64,000 bases of DNA, taken from contig JBAYTU010000002.1 in assembly GCA_041675465.1 (NCBI GenBank), positions 17,821 through 81,820 of the forward strand, given 5' to 3'. Source of the stretch: Terrimicrobiaceae bacterium (GTDB lineage: Bacteria > Verrucomicrobiota > Verrucomicrobiia > Chthoniobacterales > Terrimicrobiaceae). The notes under the pieces were generated by a model. The model was not told where the DNA came from and ran no database searches. It was given only the letters and a program-made list of their open reading frames with translations. Shown here piece by piece: positions 37,139 to 45,889 of the stretch (position 1 is its first letter; each line of letters opens with the position of its first letter). The translations under genes and the position numbers were made by a program.

Positions 37139-37999
37139 TCAGCGGCCCGCTGGCAGGGCATCGAGTTTGGCGGTGTCCGCGCAGATCGCGGGAATATCAG
37201 GCTTCGCGTCTTCATCCCCGGGCAGGATTTCGACATGGCTCATGGAGAGTCCGGATGGCACGAGCAGGTCCTGCATGAGATCGGAGAGCACCACGCCGCT
37301 TCCGCTCCCCACATTGTAGACCTCCCCCCTTTTCCCGTGCTCCATGATCCGGACGTAAGCCTTCACGGCATCGCTGACGTGAAGGTAGTCCCTGAGCGAC
37401 GCCAAGGAACGCACGCGGATGGTTTCCTGCAGGCCCTGCCGGACACGCTCGATCTGTTGGGAGACGCGGCCTGGAAAGAGCGAAGGCGGGCATCCGGGCC
37501 CAAACAGATTGAAGGTCCTCGCCATCACGATGTCCACACCGTGATTCCTGACATAATAGTCCATGAGCACGGACTGCATGACCTTTGTCAGGCCGTAGAT
37601 GGAAGCCGGTCGAAGCGGGCAGGTTTCAGAGACCGGCCCGCCAGGAGCAAACCCGTATTCCGCAGCGCTCCCGACGAGCAAAACGCGGCATTCAATCCCC
37701 AGCGCACGGAGTGAGTCGAGCAGGCTGCGGGTGGTGGTGACATTCGAATGAAAGTCCGTTTCCCAAGAATTCGTAAAGCTGCCGATGCAGTGAAAAATCC
37801 CCGTCGGCAGAACCTTTTTGAGCAGGCCTCCGACCATGTTGGGATCGGAAAAATCGCAATCCACGATCCCCGGCCCCCGTCCTGCCGCAACCACATCGCA
37901 TCCACCCCGCTCGCGGAGGAGCCCGCAAAGGTGACGTCCGGTAAACCCGGCTGCTCCGGCGACAAGAAATCTGTGTCTCCGGTTCCCCGTGCCGCGCAT
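37139..37999 (-). CDS. NAD(P)-dependent nucleotide-sugar reductase/epimerase (extended SDR)
   Basis: FLVAGAAGFTGRHL and SIYGLTKVMQS (YxxxK). Start set to ATG 37999. Confidence 0.8.
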   Translation of the reverse strand: MRGTGNRRHRFLVAGAAGFTGRHLCGLLRERGGCDVVAAGRGPGIVDCDFSDPNMVGGLLKKVLPTGIFHCIGSFTNSWETDFHSNVTTTRSLLDSLRALGIECRVLLVGSAAEYGFAPGGPVSETCPLRPASIYGLTKVMQSVLMDYYVRNHGVDIVMARTFNLFGPGCPPSLFPGRVSQQIERVRQGLQETIRVRSLASLRDYLHVSDAVKAYVRIMEHGKRGEVYNVGSGSGVVLSDLMQDLLVPSGLSMSHVEILPGDEDAKPDIPAICADTAKLDALPAGR

Positions 38000-38007
38000 T
38001 TCCGGCG

Positions 38008-38715
38008 TCACAGCTTCCACAACTCTTTGAGACGGGCGAATTCCTGGTTCGCGAGATCGTAATCCTCCGGGCGCCCGATATCGAGCCAGTAGCCGCTGAA
38101 CGGGACCGCCTCGATCCGCATGCCATCGCGGATGCCGTCCAGCATGAGGTTGTCGAAACCGTAAGGCACCCCGCGCTCGAGTGCTGAAATCACGGAACGG
38201 TTGATGCAGTAAACCCCCATGCTGACGTCAAAGTGAAAAACCGGCTTTTCCTCAAAGCCCGACACAGCACCATTTCCGTCGATATGCAGAACCCCGAAAT
38301 CACTGTTCACCGAACGCTTGTATGCGGCGACCGTGACCATGTTTCCGTTCTTTATGTGGTGCTCGAGCAGCGCCCGGCAGTCCAGATCGCACAGCAGGTC
38401 GCCATTCATCACGAGAAAGTTTTCCGGCAGATCCTCGATCAGGGTCAGCGGGCCGATTGTGCTCAGCGGGGTCTCTTCGAAAGAATAGTCAATTTTCAGC
38501 CCCCACTGCGACCCGTCTCCACAGTAGGCCCGAATCAGATTGGCCTTGTGATTGACAGCGAAGGTCAGTCGCGAAAAACCGGCTTTCGCCAACTGGCGGA
38601 TGATCACTTCAATGATCGGCATCTCGCCGCCAACCGGCACGAGCGGCTTCGGGAGTGTGATGGTGTATGGCCGGAGGCGGGTTCCCTTGCCGCCCGCAAG
38701 AATGATGGCTCTCAT
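38008..38715 (-). CDS. Sugar-1-phosphate nucleotidyltransferase (HddC/PtmE-like; nucleotide specificity unknown)
   Basis: MRAIILAGGKGTRLRPYTITLPKPLVPV signature; 235 aa. Confidence 0.85.
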   Translation of the reverse strand: MRAIILAGGKGTRLRPYTITLPKPLVPVGGEMPIIEVIIRQLAKAGFSRLTFAVNHKANLIRAYCGDGSQWGLKIDYSFEETPLSTIGPLTLIEDLPENFLVMNGDLLCDLDCRALLEHHIKNGNMVTVAAYKRSVNSDFGVLHIDGNGAVSGFEEKPVFHFDVSMGVYCINRSVISALERGVPYGFDNLMLDGIRDGMRIEAVPFSGYWLDIGRPEDYDLANQEFARLKELWKL

Positions 38716-38730
38716 GGTGAAACTATCGGA

Positions 38731-39729
38731 TCACAAATTATAAATCCCGGCTTTGTAGCGGGCGAGGTTCTCCGGGACCCGGAACCAGGCAACCGTCTCT
38801 TCGAGCCCCTGCCGGAGCGAAACCCGGGGAGCCCATCCGGTGAGCTCACGGATCTTTTTATTGCATCCAAGAAGCCGCTCGACTTCCGACTTTTCGGGGC
38901 GCAACCGGCTGGGTTCCGTGATGATCCGGGCCCGGGGATTGATCTGGGAAACCAGCTCGCGCGCGACGTCCCCGACCGAGTGCTCCTCGCCGCTGGCCAG
39001 GTTGATTTCTTCGCCGACCGTGGCATCGGACTCCATCGCGGCAATGAACCCGGCGGCCGTGTCCTTGACATAATTCAGGTCCCTTGTCGGCGAAAGGTTC
39101 CCCAGGCGGATCTCGGATTGCCCGGAAAGAAGCTGGGTGATGACCGTCGGGATGAACGCTCTCGCGGACTGTCTTGGGCCATAGGTGTTGAACGGACGGA
39201 AGATCGTGACGGGCAGGTCGAACGACCTGAAAAATGACTCGGCCAGGCGGTCCGCCGCAATTTTTGTCGCGCTGTAAGGGCTCTGCCCCTGAAAGGGGTG
39301 GCTTTCATCGATCGGGACGTATCGGGCGGTCCCATAAACCTCCGAGGTGGACGTAACGACCAGCTTTTCGGCCCCGTGGTTTCGCACCGCTTGAAGGACG
39401 TTCAGCGTCCCTTTGATGTTCGTATCCACATACGAATCGGGCGAGTGGTACGAAAAGGGAATGGCAATCAAGGCGGCCAAATGAAAAACCACATCGCACC
39501 CCTTCATGGCTTCCGCCACACCGTGCGGATCCCGGATGTCCCCCGAAAAAACATCGAGCTTGGAAGCAATCCCGCCTGGCAGGTGCTCCAACCAGCCCCA
39601 GGAGTTGAACGAATTGTAGAAGACGAACGGACGCACGTCCGCACCGTGCGCCAAAAGCGCCTCCACAAGGTGGCTTCCGATAAACCCATCCGCTCCAGTA
39701 ACCAAAACTTTTTTTCCTGAGATTCGCAT
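38731..39729 (-). CDS. NDP-sugar 4,6-dehydratase-type extended SDR (RfbB/LegB-like)
   Basis: KVLVTGADGFIGSHLVEAL, FYNSFNSWGWLE and SPYSATKIAAD motifs. Confidence 0.8.
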   Translation of the reverse strand: MRISGKKVLVTGADGFIGSHLVEALLAHGADVRPFVFYNSFNSWGWLEHLPGGIASKLDVFSGDIRDPHGVAEAMKGCDVVFHLAALIAIPFSYHSPDSYVDTNIKGTLNVLQAVRNHGAEKLVVTSTSEVYGTARYVPIDESHPFQGQSPYSATKIAADRLAESFFRSFDLPVTIFRPFNTYGPRQSARAFIPTVITQLLSGQSEIRLGNLSPTRDLNYVKDTAAGFIAAMESDATVGEEINLASGEEHSVGDVARELVSQINPRARIITEPSRLRPEKSEVERLLGCNKKIRELTGWAPRVSLRQGLEETVAWFRVPENLARYKAGIYNL

Positions 39730-39824
39730 GTGTCGGATTCTTGAAGTTGGCGGACCTTTCCTCGAAGTCTGCGCGGTCCCGGGTCAAATGCAAGAGAGAG
39801 CGTGCCGGGCCGGTCGCGCGCTTT

Positions 39825-40736
39825 TCAAAGGCCCGGAACATCCCTCCGGGCCGGACGACGTTGGAGAACGTCCCGCATCCCATCACAAACCCCCAGAAAT
39901 GCGCCGCCGCTCCGGCTCGTCAAGGAATGGAGGACAAACCCGAAATTCAGCCAGACGTAGGCGGCCCGGGACAGGGCCGTCCGGGCGATATTTTTGCGGT
40001 AGTGATAATTGTAGAAAGCCACCTTTCCCGCGAAGTTTCGGCGGACGCTTTGACGCTCCGCCGGAGAGGGGTAGTGGAAAACTTTTGCTGACGGCTCGAT
40101 CACCATTTGCCAGCGCTTCCCGAGCCTGTAGGAAAAATCAACATCCTCGCCAACACACGGGCCGGTGAGGTTTTCGTCAAAATGGAAGGACCCGAAGACT
40201 TCCCGCCGGTAGGCGCTGACCCCCGGCAATGTGTTGGTGCGCCTTAAACCGACCCCGGGGCGAAGGAATGCCTCCTCGCGGATTTGCCGGAACGGCCCAA
40301 GATAGAAAAACCGGAAAAAGACCCGCTTGAGCGCGCTGACCCTCCTCGTCGGCTCAATGACCAGACCGGATGCCCCCCCCACGTCCGGCGAATGAAAAAC
40401 CGGCAGCAGGTGCTCGAAATAATCCGGCGCGAGCACGGCATCATCGTCCAAAAACTGGATCAGTTCCCCGCTCGAAATGCGGACACTGCGGTTGCGCGCC
40501 GCAGTGAGCCCTCTGTCTTCCGGGGCGTGGCGGTAGATCAGATGCGGTTTATTGGGGCAACCCTCGAACGCTTTCTCCAGCAAGCCGACGTCCGAGCGTT
40601 GCGCCGAACCATCGACAACGACGACCTCCCGGACTTTCACCGTCTGGGAACCGACGGATCTCAGGGCGTCCCCAATAGCCTCCGCCCGACCTTTGGTTGG
40701 AATGACCACCGAAATGGCAACACCGGTTTCGCTCAT
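39825..40736 (-). CDS. GT2 glycosyltransferase
   Basis: Trimmed to ATG 40736 (MSETGVAISVVIPTKGRAEAIGDALRSV...VVVVDGS). FLDDDA motif. Confidence 0.85.
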   Translation of the reverse strand: MSETGVAISVVIPTKGRAEAIGDALRSVGSQTVKVREVVVVDGSAQRSDVGLLEKAFEGCPNKPHLIYRHAPEDRGLTAARNRSVRISSGELIQFLDDDAVLAPDYFEHLLPVFHSPDVGGASGLVIEPTRRVSALKRVFFRFFYLGPFRQIREEAFLRPGVGLRRTNTLPGVSAYRREVFGSFHFDENLTGPCVGEDVDFSYRLGKRWQMVIEPSAKVFHYPSPAERQSVRRNFAGKVAFYNYHYRKNIARTALSRAAYVWLNFGFVLHSLTSRSGGAFLGVCDGMRDVLQRRPARRDVPGL

Positions 40737-40764
40737 TCGAAAATCCCCCTGAGGTCTTGCCGCA

Positions 40765-41658
40765 TCAACTTCTGTCGCGTGAACCGGGGTTCTGCTTCCT
40801 CGCCGGGTCCGGATGGCACCACCGCCTCCAATCCCAGTCGCCCGCAAGTTTTTCCGAAAAAACGGATCCCAAATCGCCGGACCAAATGTCCGTGCGGCTC
40901 AACAGCAGCGGATCACGGCCAAACGTGTTAATGTCGAAGCGGCTGGTCGCGCCAATCCGGAACCCGGCCTCCGCCGCCGCATCCCGGACGCTCCTGTTGA
41001 CGCTGCCGTGGGGATACGACAGCGAATCGACCTCGTGCCCCAGGAGATCCTCCAGGCAGGATTTGCTTCCCGTCAATTCTTCCTTCAGCCGCCGTGCCCC
41101 GCATTCGGCCAGCGGAACATGCGTGACTCCATGCGCGCCGATGGTCACCCCGTCCAAGCTGTCGAGATCACGGAGATCCTTTTCGCTCAAGTATCCGGCC
41201 TCCTTCCGCACGACCGGCCCGGTCGTCACAAAAACTGTGAACGGGATGCCCAACCGGGCAAGAACGGGCTGCGCACAGGTGAGGTTGTCCCTGTATCCAT
41301 CATCGAACGTCAGCATAATCCCCGGTTTCGTGCCGTGGAGCGCGTCCTCGTCGAGCGGCATGATGTGTTCGCGGTATTTCGCAGCGAGGATGCGCATGTG
41401 AGATTCAAAGAGGGCCGGCGCGATATTGTATAAACCGCGCAGATCACCCGGGACAGGAGTTCCAACCGCGTGATACATGAGGATTCTGTGACCGGTTCCT
41501 CCACTCACCAGAGGGCGGGCTGCCCTGTAGCAGGTGGTCAGGCAGCGGTTTGCCATTGCGGAAAAAATGGCGGGTCCCTTTCTCACATCGAACGGATCCG
41601 CCACTTCACGGCAAAATTCGCGAACCTCCGGAGAAGCGGGAAGCTCGCTGTATCCCAT
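40765..41658 (-). CDS. Polysaccharide deacetylase (NodB/CE4 homology domain)
   Basis: ILMYHAVG, MLTFDDGYRDN and IGAHGVTHVPL motifs. The start may be the internal ATG 41556 (MANRCL...), which avoids a 76-nt overlap. Confidence 0.85.
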   Translation of the reverse strand: MGYSELPASPEVREFCREVADPFDVRKGPAIFSAMANRCLTTCYRAARPLVSGGTGHRILMYHAVGTPVPGDLRGLYNIAPALFESHMRILAAKYREHIMPLDEDALHGTKPGIMLTFDDGYRDNLTCAQPVLARLGIPFTVFVTTGPVVRKEAGYLSEKDLRDLDSLDGVTIGAHGVTHVPLAECGARRLKEELTGSKSCLEDLLGHEVDSLSYPHGSVNRSVRDAAAEAGFRIGATSRFDINTFGRDPLLLSRTDIWSGDLGSVFSEKLAGDWDWRRWCHPDPARKQNPGSRDRS

Positions 41659-42572
41659 TCGCCGAGAAATTTCAGATCCTCCGCGCCGGTTCCTTTTTTG
41701 AAATCGTAAACCCCCTTGCCCCGCTCGGGATCGACCCCGCTCATGTCATACCATTTCACGCCGAGGCCGATGCAGCGGTTCATTAATTCCCAGAACGCCG
41801 CGTGGGACGCATAAACTTTGCGGCCGACAGTCGATGTCGCGGCGAAAATGTCCCACCCCCGGTCGCCGAAAAGAAGCGCCCCCCGAAACGCCAGTAAATT
41901 CCCGTCGCCGTCGTCGCAGCGAACGACCACACATTGTTTTCCAAATCTGTTCAGGATCGAAGCCAGGGCTTCCCGCGAAAATTGCTCCCCGAGCGATTTG
42001 TATTCCTGCATCTCGAGATAGACGCGATGCATTGTCTCCGGCTCCGGGGATTCCCAGAGCCGCACGGTATTTCCCTGCTTCTGGGCGCGCCGCAGGTTTC
42101 TTCCCCAATTCTTGCTCGTCCGCCCGACCCGCTCGGCCTCGCTGCCTGCCGGGATGTATGCCGCGGAGAGACCCGTGTGCAGGCAGGATTCCGGCCTGCG
42201 CCAATACGCGGACATTTCCTGCACTTCAAGCGGATCATCGGGTCGCATGTTGTTGGCGCGGCAATACAGCAACCGGCAGCCAAGAGCTGCCTGCAGGGCT
42301 TTCGGGAATTCGCCCGCCCAAATCGCCGGCGCTCCGACCGGCCCGCCGGGGATCCACGCAAATTTGATTCCGAGCGGGAGGTGGCGGACGAGCACCTGAG
42401 CCGCGCAGACCACGCTGCCATTTTCCTCGCCGACCATGCGGACCGGGCACCATCCGAACGCCCCCCGGTGTTCACCCCAGGAGAAGCTTTGATAGACGGT
42501 GTAGTCTGGAAACTTCAGCAGGTTTTCGTCCCACTCGTCCCCGATCCCATCCCATGTTTTCCAAGTCAGCAT
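41583..42572 (-). CDS. FemAB/CelD-like GNAT-fold acyl- or aminoacyl-transferase
   Basis: Trimmed to ATG 42572 (MLTWKTWDGIGDEWD...). TVYQSFSWGEH...KFAWIPGGPVG and C-terminal YDFKKGTGAE, typical of the FemAB-like Acetyltransf_6 group. Confidence 0.65.
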   Translation of the reverse strand: MLTWKTWDGIGDEWDENLLKFPDYTVYQSFSWGEHRGAFGWCPVRMVGEENGSVVCAAQVLVRHLPLGIKFAWIPGGPVGAPAIWAGEFPKALQAALGCRLLYCRANNMRPDDPLEVQEMSAYWRRPESCLHTGLSAAYIPAGSEAERVGRTSKNWGRNLRRAQKQGNTVRLWESPEPETMHRVYLEMQEYKSLGEQFSREALASILNRFGKQCVVVRCDDGDGNLLAFRGALLFGDRGWDIFAATSTVGRKVYASHAAFWELMNRCIGLGVKWYDMSGVDPERGKGVYDFKKGTGAEDLKFLGEWDTASFPLLRRFANFAVKWRIRSM

Positions 42573-43564
42573 AAAAAATTCACCCAATGAACATCCCGGT
42601 AATGCCGGGGAGCATCCGCAGCGACCGCCTCGGGTAATTCGGGCCAGAACGCGCAATCGAAACCCATCCTACGCATGCGCGCTGCCACAATGCTTGCCGT
42701 GTGGCTCTCCGCGCGAAACGGAAACCCGTAGGGAACGGTTCCATCGGGAAGTTCGGAAAATACCGGGCTGATGTCCGTTCCCTTGAGGCATTCCGCCACC
42801 TCGAAATAGAGTCGTTTGCGCCTTTCCTCTTCGCCGGTCCTGTCCTGCCTGCAGAGTTGCCGGAATGATTCCCGGTGCATCCCCGGCGGCCCGGGGATCA
42901 CCCGCTCGCAATCCGGCCCGGTCTCGGGAAACGGGCTTCCCGTGCGAAATGTTCTGACCGCACGGGCCGCCGTCTCGCCAAATGTTTTCAGCGGGACTCC
43001 GGTTGTTTTTTGGATGCGGCGGAAGGCTGCTTTGATCCTGTATCCCAGCGGCAGCGGGTCATCCCGAAAATCGGGCGACGGACTGTGATCATCCTGAAGT
43101 CCGTCCCGATTCAGGACGAGGGCCCCTCCATCCGGCAACGGGAATGTTTTTCGGAGGCTCAGGATTCCCATGTCTCCCCGGCGACCGAGAAGTTCTCCTT
43201 GCGCATCCCGGCTCAGGAACCCGTGCGCGTTGTCTTCGATCAAGACGGCGTGACACGCGTCGCAATACTCGTGGAATGGTGCGAGATCCTGCGGGAACCC
43301 GAAATAGTCCACAGCCAGAACGGCCTTGACGTTGGCTGCGGCCGGAAACGAAACCGGCTCCAACTGCTCGTCCACAGGATAAAAGACCGGGTGCGCCCCC
43401 GCGAGGTGGACCGGCGCGAGCAGCTCCCGGCAGATGAACTCCGGCAACATCACGGCATCGCCCGGACGCACGCCCGCCAGCTTCAACCCGCGCAGCAGCG
43501 CGTGGCGCGCCAGGCCGAACACGAACACGTTCTCCCCCCATTCGGCTCCCAGCGGGTATTCCAT
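42566..43564 (-). CDS. DegT/DnrJ/EryC1-type PLP-dependent sugar aminotransferase-like protein (short form)
   Basis: Trimmed to ATG 43564. RPGDAVMLPEFICRELLAPVHLAGAHPVFYPVD...LIEDNAHGF...GILSLRKTFPLPDGGALV is collinear with DegT-family motifs and includes a Lys at the PLP position. Confidence 0.65.
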   Translation of the reverse strand: MEYPLGAEWGENVFVFGLARHALLRGLKLAGVRPGDAVMLPEFICRELLAPVHLAGAHPVFYPVDEQLEPVSFPAAANVKAVLAVDYFGFPQDLAPFHEYCDACHAVLIEDNAHGFLSRDAQGELLGRRGDMGILSLRKTFPLPDGGALVLNRDGLQDDHSPSPDFRDDPLPLGYRIKAAFRRIQKTTGVPLKTFGETAARAVRTFRTGSPFPETGPDCERVIPGPPGMHRESFRQLCRQDRTGEEERRKRLYFEVAECLKGTDISPVFSELPDGTVPYGFPFRAESHTASIVAARMRRMGFDCAFWPELPEAVAADAPRHYRDVHWVNFLC

Positions 43565-44469
43565 CAGCTCACGAGAATTTTTTTCCTGAAGAGATTCATC
43601 AGGATGGCCGCATAGGTCCTGGCGAAGAACGGCCAGGTGGAAACTGCCTTCCAGAAATACCGCCAAGCCTCACGGTGGTGGCCATCGTCCTGAAGACCCC
43701 TGGCCCCGCCGTAATATGCGATCGCCCGCCTTTTTCTGACCTGCCAACCTGCGAGGTTTTCCGGGCCGGATGAGAAGTGGCGGTCGAGCACGGCCAGCAC
43801 GGCATCGGTGTGACGGATGACCCCGCGCGTCTGGTTTCCCGAGTGGATGGCATATTCTCCAAGAATTTCGCGCACGAATCCGATCCGGGCTCCCGCCTTC
43901 GCCAGCCGGAGCCAAAAATCATAATCCTCCGCAGTCACGATTTCCGCATCCTCCGAAAACCCCCCGACCGCCCTCGCCGTTTCCGCCTTCATCACGACGG
44001 CCGAAGTGGACAGACAATTTCCGTCTAGAAGCAGGGAGCGGTAGGTCGCGCGCTGCTCCGGGCCGTAGAAAACCTGGCGGTCCCTTTCATTTCCGAGCCA
44101 CCTCTCCCCGTGGCACACGAGGTCGAACTCCTCACGAAGCAGCCCCGCGCACCGCTCCAATTTCTCGGGATACCAGCGGTCGTCGGAGTCGAGAAAGGCG
44201 ACCCACTCACCTTGGGATTCGGATATCCCGAGGTTGCGGGATGCGGCTATCACCCCGTGGTTGTTGATCTGCAACAGGCTGATTCTGGGGTCGTTGAGCC
44301 CTGCAACCACCTCCGCAGTGTTGTCGCCGGAGTGGTTGTCCACCACGAGGGCCTCCCATCTTGTGTAGGTTTGCCCGATGACGGACCGCAGCGCCTTCCC
44401 CAGAAAATGGGCGTGATTATACGTGGGGATCACGACCGAAACCAACGGTTCGTCGGAATCGTCCCTCAT
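43564..44469 (-). CDS. GT2 glycosyltransferase
   Basis: LVSVVIPTYNHAHFLGKALRSVIGQTYTRWEALVVDNHSGDNT and FLDSDD. Confidence 0.9.
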   Translation of the reverse strand: MRDDSDEPLVSVVIPTYNHAHFLGKALRSVIGQTYTRWEALVVDNHSGDNTAEVVAGLNDPRISLLQINNHGVIAASRNLGISESQGEWVAFLDSDDRWYPEKLERCAGLLREEFDLVCHGERWLGNERDRQVFYGPEQRATYRSLLLDGNCLSTSAVVMKAETARAVGGFSEDAEIVTAEDYDFWLRLAKAGARIGFVREILGEYAIHSGNQTRGVIRHTDAVLAVLDRHFSSGPENLAGWQVRKRRAIAYYGGARGLQDDGHHREAWRYFWKAVSTWPFFARTYAAILMNLFRKKILVS

Positions 44470-45434
44470 GAGCGCGAAAGAGCGGACATCTGATAGTATT
44501 CGAGGAGCCGGTCAATTTCTTCCTCCTGCCGCCGGGGCACGGCGATCCCCGCCCGGAGGAGAGCATCCGAACGAAAATCGAGAGCGGGGCTCACATCTTG
44601 AACGACCTGGCAGGGCCTCTCGATTTCAGGGCTAAACCCGAAAATCCGGTGGCAGCGTTCTTGGACCGTGACAGCGACTTCCCAGATGGTGGGGGCCCAT
44701 CCTCCCCCGAGATTGAAAACGCTACCCGAGGGAACAGGCTCCGGTAATCCGGTCAGCCGATGGATCGCCTCGACAGCACCGGAAATGGAGATGAAGTCCC
44801 GCCTCTGAGCACCGCTCGTTTTCAATACCATCTTGCGTGTTTCAACTGCCTGGCGGCAGAGGTCGTTGATGGCCAACCTCCCGCACTTGGTCTCATCGCT
44901 CGCCGGCACACCAAAACCGTTCGATAGCCGGACGACAATTCCCCGCATCTCGCGGTTCTTTGTCCCCTGGATGACTTCCTTTTCGCCGGCAGAGTTGCTG
45001 GCTGCATAAGGATGGGGGTTTCTTGGGATCGAGTCCTCGGTAACGACCCCTTCGAGCGGAGCAGAATAAACGTGCGCCGTGGAGAGAAAGACAAACATCT
45101 TGACCCGGTTCCTGCAGGCCGCTCGGACAAGCCTCGCCGTTCCGAGTCGGTTCATTTCAAAAGCGCCGCCAGGATCCGCCGCGCAGTCGGCGGCATCCAT
45201 CCCGGCCGCATGGATGACCACGTCGGTTTCCCTGCAGGCGTCGGAAAGCGAAACATCATCGTCCCAGACCGTCTTTCTCACCTCCGCCCGGGGAAGCCAT
45301 GCCGGATGCGGGCGAGCGCTCCTGGAGCCAAGGACAACCCGATGGCCTGCCTCATGCAAATAGTGGGCCATTCTCCCGCCCAAAAACCCGAACCCGCCGG
45401 TGACAAGATAGGTCATTCCATTTCGGAGAATCAC
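44466..45434 (-). CDS. Extended-SDR nucleotide-sugar reductase-like protein with an atypical YxxxN site
   Basis: YLVTGGFGFLGGRM Rossmann motif. The catalytic region reads HPYAASNSAGE (codon AAC at 44996..44994, verified in the DNA). GTGA overlap start. Confidence 0.7.
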   Translation of the reverse strand: MILRNGMTYLVTGGFGFLGGRMAHYLHEAGHRVVLGSRSARPHPAWLPRAEVRKTVWDDDVSLSDACRETDVVIHAAGMDAADCAADPGGAFEMNRLGTARLVRAACRNRVKMFVFLSTAHVYSAPLEGVVTEDSIPRNPHPYAASNSAGEKEVIQGTKNREMRGIVVRLSNGFGVPASDETKCGRLAINDLCRQAVETRKMVLKTSGAQRRDFISISGAVEAIHRLTGLPEPVPSGSVFNLGGGWAPTIWEVAVTVQERCHRIFGFSPEIERPCQVVQDVSPALDFRSDALLRAGIAVPRRQEEEIDRLLEYYQMSALSRS

Positions 45435-45889
45435 CAGGCTGCCGGAAACCGGACGCCAACGCTGTCTTCGGAAACGAGTTCCCCTTCCGCCGGATCATGC
45501 GGAAGATCCGTGCAGTTTGCCAACAGCGCCGGATCAGCACCCAGGCATTGGAAACCGTAGTGAAGCATCTGGGGAATGGTCAGGCGAAAATATCCGTCCG
45601 GACGCCCGAGATCAAAATGCTCGACCAATCCCCGCGTCGGAGAGTTTTCGCGCGAATCGAATACGGCCACCCGGATCCTCCCCGCCGGCACGACAAAGTT
45701 TTGCGTCTGGAGTTTGTGTCGTTTCCAGGCTTTCAGCACGCCGGGCAGCACTTCGGAAAAGTAAACCTCGCCGAAGCGGGAAAACCCGGGCTCGTCGCAG
45801 CGGAGCATGCGCAACAAAGTCCCCTGGTGGTTTTCAATCAGTCGGAGCGGCGTCAGGATCACCCCGTCTATCTCGGTTTCACTTTTCAT
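45431..45889 (-). CDS. RmlC-like cupin sugar-nucleotide 3,5- (or 5-/3-) epimerase
   Basis: Trimmed to ATG 45889 (MKSETEIDGV, ATGA overlap). GVLKAWKRHKLQTQNFVVPAGRIRVAVFDSRENSPTRG is collinear with the RmlC core. Confidence 0.7.
   Translation of the reverse strand: MKSETEIDGVILTPLRLIENHQGTLLRMLRCDEPGFSRFGEVYFSEVLPGVLKAWKRHKLQTQNFVVPAGRIRVAVFDSRENSPTRGLVEHFDLGRPDGYFRLTIPQMLHYGFQCLGADPALLANCTDLPHDPAEGELVSEDSVGVRFPAAW

Noticed and set aside
39805-39836. CCGGGC...GCCCGG inverted repeat at the end of the GT2 gene as a terminator
   Set aside because: The loop is 20 nt and includes the stop codon, and there is no T-run. The repeat is likely fortuitous in GC-rich DNA.
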